Assembly: GCA_046563655.1 (NCBI GenBank)
Contig: CM102290.1
Span: 1,426,001-1,490,000, forward strand
Length of the DNA: 64,000 bases
DNA from: Yuukianura sp. NJ FZ-2021
Lineage: Eukaryota
Direction: 5' to 3'
The position numbers and the translations under genes are program-made. The first letter of the stretch is position 1. Every line of letters begins with the position of its first letter. Below are positions 1 to 14,396 of this stretch, piece by piece. Below the pieces are notes generated by a model. The model worked only from the letters and a program-made list of their open reading frames with translations, ran no database searches and had not been told where the DNA came from.

Positions 1-286
1 ACAAGAGGACGACATTGACGTCGTCGATGGAATCGGTAGTAATATTGTGTTCACAAATAATAACAATGACGAGGGCGTTGTCAATTCCGAAGCGTCAACG
101 CAGAGACTTGAGAGATTGGACAAGGTTCGGTCGAGATTTTACTCGTTATACGATTCTTCGATCCGGACGAGTCGTAATCTAACTGAAAGTACTGGAAGTG
201 GAGGAGGTGGGCTTGGGTTTTTAATTGGAAACATTGCTACTAAAGTTGGGATTCGTACAGCTACACATCGTACGACGCATGTGTAA
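1..286 (+). CDS. 3' end of an unidentified gene entering from the left edge; ends in ...RTTHV*
   Basis: Frame is open from position 2 (QEDDIDVVDGIGS...) to TAA at 284-286. It is richer in GC than the AT-rich, UTR-like sequence that follows. The C-terminal T-H-V fits a class I PDZ-binding motif. No family recognised. Confidence 0.45.
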   Translation, partial: QEDDIDVVDGIGSNIVFTNNNNDEGVVNSEASTQRLERLDKVRSRFYSLYDSSIRTSRNLTESTGSGGGGLGFLIGNIATKVGIRTATHRTTHV

Positions 287-1442
287 TAGGCCTCAGTTAG
301 CTTTGACTTTCCCATTATGTAAACTCCCACAGCTCATCTCATCGCTCGTTTTACGTTTAATTTATTTTGTTAAAAATCTCTTCCCGAACGTCTACTCTCT
401 TCCTCAAAAAATGGACGCTCAATTGAAGCAGAAGTTGCAGCATAAAATTTCAAACCAAAGAAAGGGATACAAAATGCCAGTTTGTGGAGTTTGCTTCTTC
501 GCAGCAGAAGAACTCAATTGTAGCTTAAACATGAGGTTTTTTTTTGAACGGCGAACAAATACTAATGTAGGAAGATTTTATTTCGGATTAAGCTAAAACG
601 TTACCGGCAGCGTTTGAGAATTGGTACATGCGACTAATGGTTGCTTCTTTTGCAGGTTATGGAATAGTGTATTGTGAGGCTAAAAGAGTCACTATTTTGT
701 AATACATCCGCAAATGCTAACAATTTAGAAGAGAGATTTATACCAAAGGTTCAATTTTATTAAACATAAGCGGTTTTTAACATTAGAATTAAGGGATATA
801 CGTAAGCTCAATCGTTATCATACGGTAATGTACAATCAAGAAGGAATACAATTGTTAACTAATTTAAGATGGAGGAGCATGCGGAACAGGCTAAACTTAA
901 CGTTAGTAAGGCATGGGGTTTACATTTCTTTTAAAGAAATGAGGTCACTGTGTAAGTTAGCAGTTATTATTTCTAAAAATACTGGATTCTTTTGTAAAAA
1001 TTTAATTCTGTTCAGTTATGATGGGCTAACGGTACAAAGTCACAATAGAGAAAGCTTACCCACGACTAAAGCTTCTACGGGTGTTTTGTTCTTGATGCTA
1101 AATTTTAACTTTGTTTTTCAAAACAACCTAACCGCCTTCTCTGTTAATTAATTTGTGTTCTTAAATTAATAGGAATGTTCAACTGATGACAAGTCACAGC
1201 AATTGGTTTTAAAAAGACAATTCAAAGCTTTAGAGACGACAGGACAGTAATGAACAAGGGATGGAAAACATTTAGACTTAAAAATCCACATGTGCTAAAT
1301 CGTGTTGTGTAATTTAGAAAGTGAAAGTAAAGATTCGGGAAAAGGATAACCTTAACAAGCTCGAAAGTGTGAAGTTTTTTTTAAAATTGAATTTTAGGTT
1401 GGTTCACGAAAATTTGACAGAGATGATGAAGAAGACTTTCTC

Positions 1443-4193
1443 TTATTTCTTGTAGAGGGAGTAATTTTCAACGAAGCATGAACAGGCAGATGGAATTTCA
1501 AAAACATCCACTGTTGGTTTTTTGTTGGGATTGTACGGATCGAGGCAGATGAGCTTTACGTAGGTGTAGCGCTGAACGCAGTAAGATCTACCATTTTTAT
1601 TTTGGTGGGAGTAACAAAATTTCAATCAATTTCATTAATTCTAGTTTTCGTAATTGTAGGAAAAGTTAAAAGTGTTACCTGTAGCATGGGGGCATGTATT
1701 CGCATTTCTTTTTAGGATATCTACAAAAAAAACGAGAGAAAAGAAGTCAGGAGAAAGTAAGCGAGTTCATTTAGCAGAATGACTGTGGTTTAAATTATTC
1801 AGGGTTGTTCAAATATGTTTTTTGAACAACTTCTTTTTATATGAATTTTGTTTAAGCCATCACCACAGCGGTAATTGTGGGCTGCGTGTGTGAAAGAGCA
1901 GAGAAAGGAGGAAGTGTCCACTTGAGAGAAAGTATAGACACGGGGGCACTCAGGTAGGGTTGCTAGGCAACTAGAAATTGGGGCGTCCCACTTCAAGGGC
2001 ACCACTCCATAGGGACATAACGTGGACTCGCAACTTCCTCTGTACCCAGAGTCCACTTACTACATAATAAACTTTGGTTGTTAATGGAAAGGACATGGGA
2101 AAGTACTTTTCCAATTCATTCTCCTCAACCGAAATGTCTGATTTCATACTTGGAGTTTCAAAAATCAAAATTTATTTGAACAACTTTGGTTAGTCAAGTA
2201 CTTACTTGCAAGTTTCAATTCTGACGCTCTGTGGAAATATTTCCGTGTTGAGTACAGTTACCCATTCACCTCTCCAATTCTTGGCCCAACCGGGACGGAC
2301 GTAGGACACATCAGACTCACAGACAAAGTGTCCCTTATGCCTACAATTATTACAAGGAGAGGTCAAATGACAAGAGCAGGAAAAGGAAGAACACTTCCTG
2401 TGACCATTTAGATCAAATTTGTGACATCAGCAGTGAGAAAAGTACTTCAGTGTAGTTTAGTACCTGTAGTTGTGCGTGTAATTGTCATGGGAAATGTAGT
2501 CTTGGGTTGAGTAATGATTGAGGTCTTCGTACAAGGTGGTCAAGTGTGGACTGTAGTGGGACACGATTGTCTTCACTTTATCCCTGAAAAGTTAAGAGGT
2601 CAAGTTAACATTAGACAACTTCAAGTGTTTTGAGAGACTTATTGTTAAAGTTTCTACATTCTTTTCCTCTATCTGTAGTAAACATTTACCATACAAACTT
2701 TTAGTACCGTATTTCCACGCAGGTAACTCCCTCTCGGGTATAATGCGCACGCTTAGAAGCTCACTTATGTAGGATGGAAAAAAACATGGGAGTTTACTTT
2801 CTAGTGAATTTTAACAAAATTTTCTCCCAAATCCAAATCTTGTCAAATTTCACAGATAATGTGCGTATTATTTGCGAGAAAATACGGTGTGTTTCTTACA
2901 TCGGGTAATCCCTGTCGTAGAGGCAGTAGTATTCTCCAGTAGATGCACAGGACGGTCGAAACCCATTGTGTTTGATGTAGTGACGATGTTCGTAGTCGTA
3001 GGGACCATTTTGATGTGGTGGTGGACCACGGTGATGGTCCTCGTAGCTGTCAGGCGGGTAAAACGGATTGTTAGGACTTCTGGGCTGGTCCGCTGAAAAT
3101 ATTTTGCAAACCACAAAGCAATTGGCAAAAACAAAACAAATTTTAGTAACCTTGAGGTGACGACAATTTGGCCTAAATTTTTTTATGTTGACAAAAGTGA
3201 GGTTAGTAATGTAGTAGGCGTGTTTGCGTATTCAAGAAACGTAGTTCCGAGCATAAGTAATTGTCATTTGTCATAATAATGAGCCGTGAAATCATTGAAC
3301 AGAATAATTAGAAGTATGTTTAGTTGTACACAATGTATCATTTTTTTCATAATGTGTATCATAATGAGTTTAGCCTTTCGTCACCTGTTTTTTTGTACAC
3401 GATGACAATGCCTGGATTTCCTCTTCCGGTGGGGTCAATGGGGTCATGAATGTCCTTTGGCGATGGATGGAACCTCTCTGTTTCCGTTTTGTCTGGGAAC
3501 AGCGACAGCAGTGCAGCAACGACGACAGACAAGGAGAAAGCCTTGTCAGCCCAGTCCAGATCCAAAATCTACAAATTTTACATAAATTAATTTTCCAACA
3601 AATTTTTTACATATTTATGCCCATCTTGAACCTTCGGAGCTGCAGAACCTATGCTAGCTTTATAAATTTCCTACAGAGAGTCCCATGAAAAGGAAAATGT
3701 GAAGCATTTCTTTTATGCGTAAGTCTGCCGGAAGGTTTATGCGTCCAAGTTTCCTGGAATTAAATTAGGTTAAGTAGATTTGGTGACAATGTTAGGCTCA
3801 TACTTAGGTTAGGGTAGGTGTGTGAGTCTGGAGTGGGCTAGAATGCATGAGTTAGGTGGAAAGTGGCTCTGGAGCTGGCCTTGTGTGTTTCATTTGATTT
3901 GGGTGAAAGCATGTCTGCTGTAAAGTGGGTGAAAGGCAGTAGTTTCCTGAAACTAGGAGGAAATAAGTAGGGCAGGAAAAGGTGGAATTTTGTAGTAGAA
4001 GATTCTGTAGTACTTGAATAGGACATAGGAAGTCTCCCCTTGTTTCAGTCCCTGTCTCCGTCTACAGACACTTTTAGTCCAGGAAGTGTGGGTGTAATCG
4101 ATGAGCGACTTTCACTATGGACCAAATACCCAAAATCCAACCAATTGGGCAACAAGTTCCCTCCCCAGCAGCACCTACCTTGCTTATTCCCAT
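1443..4193 (-). CDS. Spaetzle-family (neurotrophin-like) cystine-knot cytokine, 7 exons, 277 aa
   Basis: Exons 4193-4179, 3568-3385, 3092-2900, 2583-2464, 2340-2206, 1720-1679 and 1587-1443. All introns are GT-AG and phase-consistent (834 nt total). Hydrophobic N-terminus (AFSLSVVVAALLSLF), prodomain SCASTGEYYCLYDRDYP, and knot FVCESDVSYVRP..VRIETCK..KCEY..SYCVQRY..DVFEIPSACSC. Exact spz/NT paralogue not assigned. The first micro-exon is less certain. Confidence 0.88.
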
Positions 4194-4399
4194 ACGGTTT
4201 CTAAAGTATCGTATTAAGTCTAACATAGAACGGGTTCTGTTTCCTTCGTTTTACCCGGGTTCACGAGATTACCAAATCCGTTGAGCCTCTTTCAAATCTT
4301 CTTCGTTCCTTACCCTAACATTGTCTATTAACATAAACCGAATCAGCGAAAGCTTATCTATGTCTTATTATATTACAAAACTACTCAACGTTCTTTCCG

Positions 4400-4409
4400 C
4401 CGCCATTTT
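4400..4409 (+). promoter_or_regulatory. YY1/Pho-type motif CCGCCATTTT in the divergent spz-like/Rap1 intergenic region
   Basis: Exact match to the YY1 consensus, about 200 bp upstream of the predicted spz-like ATG. Motif match only. Confidence 0.3.
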
Positions 4410-6595
4410 TGGAACGCCAAACTGTCAACTGAGAGCAAAGAAAACTGTAACTCAACTTTAGCAAACTGTATGTTTGCTAAAGTATTTATGTGTGTAACTC
4501 ACAGTGAGCTTAACGACAGAATAGAAACCCGTTATTTTTTTAAAAGCACTTTCTGTTTTATTGAAGAATTGTGACAATGGACAAAAATTTCTATTTTTGA
4601 AGCACTTAGCAATAGTCATTTTGCTAAGTACTTTGAAGCAGGATTTCCTACTGCTATTGAATTTGAATTCAATCGTATCAAAAACCACGTACTCGTTCCT
4701 TGCCAGTTTTTTTCAGTTCAAATATAAAAATTTGAGTGAAAGCATTTGGGAATCAAAATCACTTTGAAATGAAAATCTAAGCTGACGTAGATGCATGACT
4801 ATCACGAAGTCATGCTTTGAATCTTAACAAAAAAGAAATACGAAATGCTGGAGGCTATGACTTCCAGTTTAGCTTCCAATTTGAGAATACATGAAACTTG
4901 TAACTGCAAAAATTTCCGTTTCAATCGAAATGGAGTCTTTCAGAGTAAAAAAAAAACTTTTGCCTTTGTATACTTTGTTATGCCAAACTCTTTTTGTTTG
5001 TTAGGTTTTTAGAACGTTATATCATGTTTCACTTAGGAGGGACACAAGTAGCAAAGCAAGAGTGGGTTGTTGTGTGTCGTATTTGGAGAAAGCCTGAAGT
5101 GTGGAAAAAGTCAGGACTTTCTTCACTGCTCCTAAAACATTGGCCTTCCTATGGCTCCGGGGGAAAGAATAGGGTAGGTTAATCTAACGTTATAGTAGAA
5201 GTCCAGATCAGTCGAAAACCGACAAATCTAGGAGCAGTGCGTTGTACACTAGAACTATTGTTAGCTCCAAAGAATCCCAATTTCCCATTCCGTCGTCCTT
5301 TCCCGGTTTGTACATGGAAGTATTTATTAGAATTCATCTTGATTCCTGGAATGCAATTTCCGTATCTTCCATCTCCACTACACAAATCAGAGGACTTAAC
5401 ATAGTAGTAGGAAGATTCTGCCTGTGCTTTCACCCAAAAGCAACAGCTTTCACCTGACCACATTCTCTCGCTCCCCTGCTGTCACTTTCAACTCTACGTG
5501 ACATTCCCTACCATCTTTTGCTCTTAATTCATCCTTGTCCCTGTCCATACTAACATTATGCCAAGTTTAGTGCAAATCAAATACACCACCACTAGTACTG
5601 GTAACACCCAGTACAAGTCCACGAAGTTGGAAAGTTAAGGCTAGAAATCAAAGAAAGTCGAACTGAAGATACGCGCGTGAACGGGCATATTCCATTTAAC
5701 CTAAAACAGTTTGCAGAATAAATCTGCTTAACGAAGGCTTTGGCTTTTCTGGATACAATACAAACTCCAAGATTTAAAAAAAATGAGTTTATTTTGCAAA
5801 TGCTAGACACAAAATGGGCTAAATTCAAACTGTTTTTGCTTAATGACGACCAAACGTTGGTAACGCTTAGGGTGAAGCAAGTGGTTGAGACAATTGTAAG
5901 AACTTACCATTTCGAAGTAGTTAGTTCCTTTATTGGAGACTTAAACGTATTGAAATGTAGCGTAAATGAGGCGTTGAGAATATGGATGAGAAGTCGTTGG
6001 TAAATTCGTCTGAGGATTTTCTCCGCCGAACTTTCACTTTTAGTGTAACTGGGAATTTAACTTCGTTCCTTCCTTAGCAACTTAAAAGTGAAAAGTCCCG
6101 ATACAAAGTTGAATCAACTCTGCCACTTTTTCAGATGTCCATGATGAGCGTGGATTAAGTAAAAGGAAGAGATCAAGGAAAGATGGAGGTCCTTTATAAA
6201 GATTTGGTCTCCATAACCTTGTCAGGGGGAATTAAAACCTTACCTTCCCACTTCGTTAGGCCACTTACTACAGTAGGTTAGGTTGCCAGTGAACGCATAA
6301 CAATCTCTTTTTGTTGAGTTTTGTTCCTAGAAGACGACCTAGTAAATCATAATTGAATGAGATGGGAAGCGTGCAGAATTCACAGAACCGTGGCTTTCAT
6401 GATGATGGAAGTCACCTAACACAAACACGTAATATGTCTTACCAGGGTCAAAACGAAAACGCCAATTTTTAATTTTTGGAGCTAAAAAATCGTTTGTTCA
6501 TAGTAGCCAAAGCTGCTTTAAGCATAGATCATGTCTGTGTGGCCGCCCAATTATCTCGGAAACGATAAACTTTTTTGTTTTGACGGTTGAAAATT

Positions 6596-6720
6596 TAGTG
6601 ACCCCGGGATGCTTACACTAGAATGTCTTCCCGGTGGGCCTCAGTGACGTGTTTCCGGGTCAAAGGTCAACTCTCTTCTCAACATAACTGCGGTTCTGCA
6701 CGGTGCGCTGCGACTCACCG
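6596..6720 (+). promoter_or_regulatory. Probable Rap1 promoter region
   Basis: Local CpG-rich island with GTGACGTG (CRE/E-box-like), TTCCGG (ETS-like) and GGGTCAAAGGTCA (DR1). It lies upstream of the acceptor ttcag| at 8485 that precedes the Rap1 ATG. Confidence 0.35.
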
Positions 6721-8060
6721 TTCGCTACTTGTCACCATTCCGGATCACCGATTTTATTTATGCTGGATTTTGACGAAGCGGAGTTCAACAAGGAGGCATA
6801 ACCACTCCAACGAAGTTGTTGAATGACAGATTAGGTTTCATGTGGAGAAAAGAGTGCGTTAATTAGTTGAAGTAAGAATAATTAATTGGTAAATTGAGGA
6901 GAGAGAAGGTCATGAATTAGTCGTTGGAATTGAATTGACAGCGCAGACTCCTTTTCGTTTGTGTTCGAGTGGAGGTTCTTGGCTGCTCCTTTGGTTGAAT
7001 CCTCCTTCTTCCTCCGCTGCTTCTGCTGGGTGGTGGTGTAGGTGATAGTCCTAGTCTTGTAGTGTGCATTGAGTAGTGAAGTGACTGGTTCACCACACCC
7101 AACCGACAGACACGATCGGACCAGGTTACTAATCACAATTAACAATCAATCAGTGTCTTTTCAATTCAGGAGTTTCGCTAGACCTTTTCCAGTACTGCCG
7201 TAAGTTCTCTGTTTTAATTATTATTCTGGATGATCATGAAGTACTTAATACGGTAGTAATAGTTCTTGTTTGATTAATCATGGAGTGACATCGAATATGA
7301 CAGGCCGACCTATAAGTCAAGTGGACGAGCATGTCGTTCAGGGCATGCTTGTAATCGTTCCATGTTCCATTTCTGCTAACGAATTTACTAAACACGATGT
7401 ACACATAACTTGCCCTCCTCCTGTTGATTCCACGTCATGTTGACGTTAACAATGAAGACTAAAACTAATTGTAGATTGTTACTATTAGATTGTGTACTAG
7501 TTTCGGCACTGTAATGCTCACGAGGCTACAATGGAAAATGGGCATAAAGTAATTGACCTATATTTAGAAATAATTTCGTTGATCGCTCTTAAATAGAGAA
7601 AGTTTTGGAGTCTACGCTGGAAGAAATTATTCGTTTTTCACCTCGACTGGATATTTATCCTCCCTCTAAATTTATCCACCCCGTTATACTTGATGTGTGT
7701 TTTTATTTCAGGCAATGTCATATCCACTACATGCATAGCTTTGTATTAGTCAAAAGTAATGTGTTTCTGTTTAGTGTTCCAAGGAATCGATAAAGAAAGA
7801 CGAGAACTAGAACTTAGCAGAACCGGATGTTTCTTAGAGTCCAATGACTTTCCATTCCCTGAGGAATCGCTTCAAGTCGAACGCTCTCTTACATCTTAAA
7901 AGAATATTTAAAGAAACAAACTCAAAATTGGAACGACGAGTTATTATTGCTCTTAATGTCCATGAATGGTTTTTAATATTAGGTACACTTCACGCTACCT
8001 AGTGTTATAACTTCCAAGCGCTGAAAAACTCAAAAGCGATGAAACTCGTTAAAGTTATTT

Positions 8061-8284
8061 GGTTGAGGTAAACTTTAACGGCCGTCATTGTAGCCGAAAA
8101 GTGTAGTAATTCGGCCATATTTAGTGGCTACACTGTGCGGCAGCGGCAAGTTATGTTACCACTTTAGGGTTAGACTTTTTAGGTTAAACTTCTAATTAAG
8201 TTTCCGCACAATGTAGCCACCCCATTTTAGCCACTAGAAATGCCGTAGGGGCTACACTGTGCGGCTACAATGTTTACCTTAACC
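8061..8284. mobile_element. Degenerate foldback MITE upstream of the Rap1 CDS (probable 5'-UTR intron)
   Basis: The left end GGTTGAGGTAAAC..CATTGTAGCCG..GTGTAG..GTGGCTACACTGTGCGG is the reverse complement of the right end CCGCACAATGTAGCCAC..CGGCTACAATGTTTACCTTAACC, with indels. Flanks agttattt / atttgttt match 6 of 8. Confidence 0.7.
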
Positions 8285-8492
8285 ATTTGTTTACTTAATT
8301 TTAATACTTTTACGGTTTTCCGCGTCTTTAAAAATGTGAGTATGTCTTGTGCTTGGGATTGTAAAAATTAGACGCTGCTAAATGCAGTTTTGTCCGTAGT
8401 TTGAAACTTGAATTGGTGTGTATTCATCATACAGAACTTTGCTGAGTTATCATTAATTTTTCCTGTTGTTTTTTTAATATTTCAGACTTTAG

Positions 8493-10288
<1,796 letters not shown>

Positions 10289-10832
10289 GATTGATCAATG
10301 GATTCTGCGCTTTGATGATTTGTTTTTCTGTGGGGTTCCTTTCCTGTTTTGAGGTTATTATGGTAAGGAGAAATGTCTGAAAGAAACGAAAAAAAAATGT
10401 CAGTAGGGTAAATAGACTTTTTACCCCAATATTATATAAAAAATACCTTCTTCCGTCATCCATGTCCTTCATCATCATCATCATCACAAGACATTTATCT
10501 ATTACAATTATTTCATTAATTTCAATATGAATTAAATGCCAAGGCTACTTTTTCCGTTTTCCTAACCAATTATTATCATTAATAATTACAATGAAATTAT
10601 ATTCAAATAAAATTGCTAAATAGTACAATCAAAACAAAAAATTAATAAAATGGTTATTCTCGAACTTCGAGTAGAGCTCGAAAACATAAAATAATTTGAA
10701 CTTTATGCATAATTTAATTTCTGGATTTGTATGTAATAAGTAATGATTAGCACATAGCACAGGATTGATAACCAACTGTATAAATTATGGCTAGAATTGA
10801 GATTCTTGATATTGAGCAACACGCTTGATTAT

Positions 10833-13800
10833 TCAGGGATTCCCATTGTTGTGAGCTGAGCTTTGGTAGTCGTACACACTGAGTACTGCTTGCAAGTGAC
10901 TTAGGAATCCTTCGAATTGGCCTGGTGATGAAGACGCTGCAACAATGAGCTGACGGAGGTCGTCAGGTAGTCCTGCAGGCTGGAGAAGCGACGTACTGGT
11001 CACCAAGGATGGATTAGTAACGGTGCATTCCATTGCAGTCCACAGGGCTTTGCGAACCTCTCGACTTTGATGCTCTTTGTAGGCCACAAGGAGTTTCAAG
11101 ACTAAAAACACAAAAATAAACGCTATAGCAGTACGTTTATAACAAAAAAAAAACTATAACATTGCAGTAAGTTTTTTTTTAAAACTCCAAACGCTTACCC
11201 TCCTTTGAGCAGTTCTCCATGTACGTATTTAACCCCGTGTATGACATAAAAAGGATCTTCGAAAACTCTAGAAGTTGAAGTAAGAAGTGGGTTTCCATAT
11301 CATCATTGGCATTCACGTAAGACTCAGCCCCAATGGAGAGATGGCGATGAATAACGCGCCAAACATAAGTATGTAGAATCTTCTTGGATGGATTGTAGGA
11401 TTCTACCACCTTTGGCATAGTGACAGTTCCCCAACGTCGAGTAACTGGAATTGGACGCAAAGGTTGTGGCTTTGGAACCGGTGCTAAAACACCATTGATT
11501 GTCTGCATTCCAGGCGGAGACGGTGTTTCGCGCTTAACTTCAACAGTTCCGTCCTCGGCTATGGTGGGCTGAATATTTTCGCTGTCGTCTAGTTGCCCAG
11601 TTGACAGACGTGGACAAGTGATACAAAGCGGCTTGTCTCGAACAAGATACAGATACTTTGGAAAATACCTTGGTTCAAACCGAAGGATCATGTTTTCCAT
11701 TGCCTTCTTCTTCTCGGCTGAGTATTCTGAGCAGCAACTGATGCAGCGATTTGTCCCACACTGAATAACAGCTTTTTGAATCAGTTTCAATATGGCGGCC
11801 TTATCCCCTACTGAATGATTCTTGCCAAAGATCAGTTCCTCCAGACAGCTGGCAACAAGATCTGGATACAGAGTTCCCAATTCAGTAAGACAAACTGCCA
11901 CAATGTCTTGCATGCCATCATCATCTTCGTCGTCTCCCCATTGTAGCAACGTGCTGGAAAAGATTTCTTTCAATTAGAAACCACTTCAGCTTTAAGATTA
12001 CAATCAAATTGTGTTAGTACTTACGTCAAAATGAATTTCATATGACGAGGGTCACCCATTAAGCCAGCACTAACTAGCATCGGAATCGTAAGAATTGCCA
12101 CTTTCTTGAGAGCTTCAGATTCAGCTTCGTTTGATCCTGTTGTGTCACCCGTGAAAATATGGTAGACGTCGAGCATTGAAGTGGGAGTCAGACCAGCAGC
12201 TCTGAGCCGTCTCACCCTGTCGTCCAAGCATTCATCAAACTTCTCCTGCCCATCGTCCTCCTCCGTCTTAATAGCTGACGTTGGTACCAGCTGACTGTCA
12301 CCTTCCGGGGCTTGGTAAAATTCAGCCCCATGTCCTTGTACTTCATTCGGTGGTTTTCCTTCATACAATCCCACGACCTTCAAATAGATGTCAGAAGCAG
12401 CATTCCTTGAATCAATAAATGGTTCAATCGGTGTAGTTGTCCCAATGGCTTGATCCTGATGCAAACGGCAAAGATCGAAGAGCATATGAATAATGGCCCA
12501 AGCGAGATGCAAAGTGGAAAGATCCACGGACATCATAATGCGGTTCATGGAATTCATTGGTTCTCCCCCACGCATAATTCTCTCCAATGGAATTTCTGAA
12601 ATTCTGGGTTTCATTGCCTTTGCCAAAGCCGCAAAAGCAAATGCGGGAGTGATCAATCTTTCGCCATGAGCAGTCGATGCAGCCAATTTCCAAAAAGTAT
12701 CCATAAACTTGTCCCAAATCATGGCGGTAAGCTGTGGATCTGACGTGATGTAATCGGCCCAGTTTGTCCAAAAGCTGATTTGTTCATTAGGGAATGCAGA
12801 AAACGGAATCGCAAAGAGCAAAGTCTTTTGGTAGCTTGAACTAGCCATGAAAGTAGAAACAGGATAAAATGGCATAGATGAAGGAATCCTACACGAATTC
12901 ATCAAAAAAGTTAGAACAGCTGACGTGAATTAAAAACGTGTTTAACAAACTATTAATTAACTAGTACCGTACCGTGCTGTTTTCGCCTCACGAAACCACA
13001 AAGTGAGAATCTTATCTTGAGCTGCAATGGAAATTTGAAGAAGAATATTCGATACAAGTCTCTGAATTCGGAAAGTCTTTTCGCAGAGGTCGATCAGGTT
13101 ATGCATAAAGGTTGTGAATGGATCCAGTTCAAACTGGTGTCGCAGAGCATAATATCTCACAAATGTGCGCTCGATAAAAGTAGCGATTCCCCACGGATAC
13201 GTGTCACTTAGGGCTTCGTTGTGGTCTCTGGCTGCCAGGACTCTCATGGTGACAATGATTTCTTCCAGTAAAAATGGAATGAACTCTTTGTCCTCGATGA
13301 ACTTTTCTCCAGTAGTGAATAGAACCCCGTAAAAGCTTCGCATCTAATATATACAAGAAAAATAAAACTGTTAATTTGTTAACAAACAAAAACACGACGT
13401 ATAGAAAAACTTACATTTGTCATTTTACGAGCACAGTCTGGGTCTCGAACGAAGCTCACTAGTATTTTAGTCATGTGATTTTGGGTTATCCAATTCTGAG
13501 CAATCAGGCCCAACAGCTGCCGAATCTGTTCATCCGATTTTGCGACTAAAGAATTACCAGCCTTGTTAATTGTGTCCAAAATAGTCATCGGATGAATATC
13601 CTTCTGCTCCAGTACAATCTCTACGGCTTGAGGCAATTTCGTAGGTGGCTCCGGTTCCTCCAACGCTCGTTGTAGGGTATCTAACAGTTGCTTTCTGAAA
13701 GGTACCTTAAAACCAAGAAAAGCAAGTTTATAACCTTGTTAACATATTAAAACATTACAACCCTCAAGTACTACTGATAACTAAACAGTCTACTCACCGA

Positions 13801-13920
13801 ATCGAGCATTGTCCAAACTATTTCAGAATGGCTTGGAATCTTATCCCATTCTCTCAGACCAGTGTCGAAGTCATCTTTTCTCCCCGACCTTTCTCGGAGT
13901 AATTCAACTGTAGTCGCCAT
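10833..13920 (-). CDS. Uncharacterised, probably alpha-helical protein, 6 exons, about 902 aa
   Basis: Exons 13920-13798, 13705-13415, 13343-12968, 12919-12025, 11953-11199 and 11101-10833. All introns are GT-AG and phase-consistent (2709 nt total). Long ORFs with amphipathic Leu/Ile-rich segments. No family recognised. Confidence 0.85.
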
Positions 13921-14396
13921 CGACAGGCCCCACTAGTGGAGCAACACAATGATGAAGAACCGGTGTGTAGTACCAATATAGTACTTTGGTACTAATTACA
14001 ACTGGTGTTGTCTATTAACCGATTACAGACAGCTTACGTTAAACTACCTGTGACAATCCAACCGAACATTAACTATATAATAATAATAGTTAAGTAGGAA
14101 AACAAATAAACAACACTAACGAAGAAAGGAAGGAGAAGTCAAGTTAAGTGAGTGAATCTGTCCGGTATTTATTGGAACTTTTGGACAGTTTGTGCCCGCC
14201 CCGCCGAATTTAGTATTCCTGGACACTACACTCGCTGCCGAAGGATACTAAATTGCGTATCCATATCCAGGGTACCTTAATTTGTGCTTAGGATGCTAAT
14301 AATTGTGTCATCGGGTACCGATTATAGTACCCTTGACCGTGGCGTACTGTTCGTTTAACCAGGTTCCAACAATTAACTTCCAGCGATTCTGCAGTA

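Noticed and set aside
225..1151. ORFs 225-596 and 828-1151 (+)
   Set aside because: AT-rich, no recognisable motif, and located in a probable 3' UTR or intergenic region.
6882..7145. Minus-strand ORFs upstream of Rap1
   Set aside because: Low-complexity antisense reading of the Rap1 leader region, with no splice-supported model.
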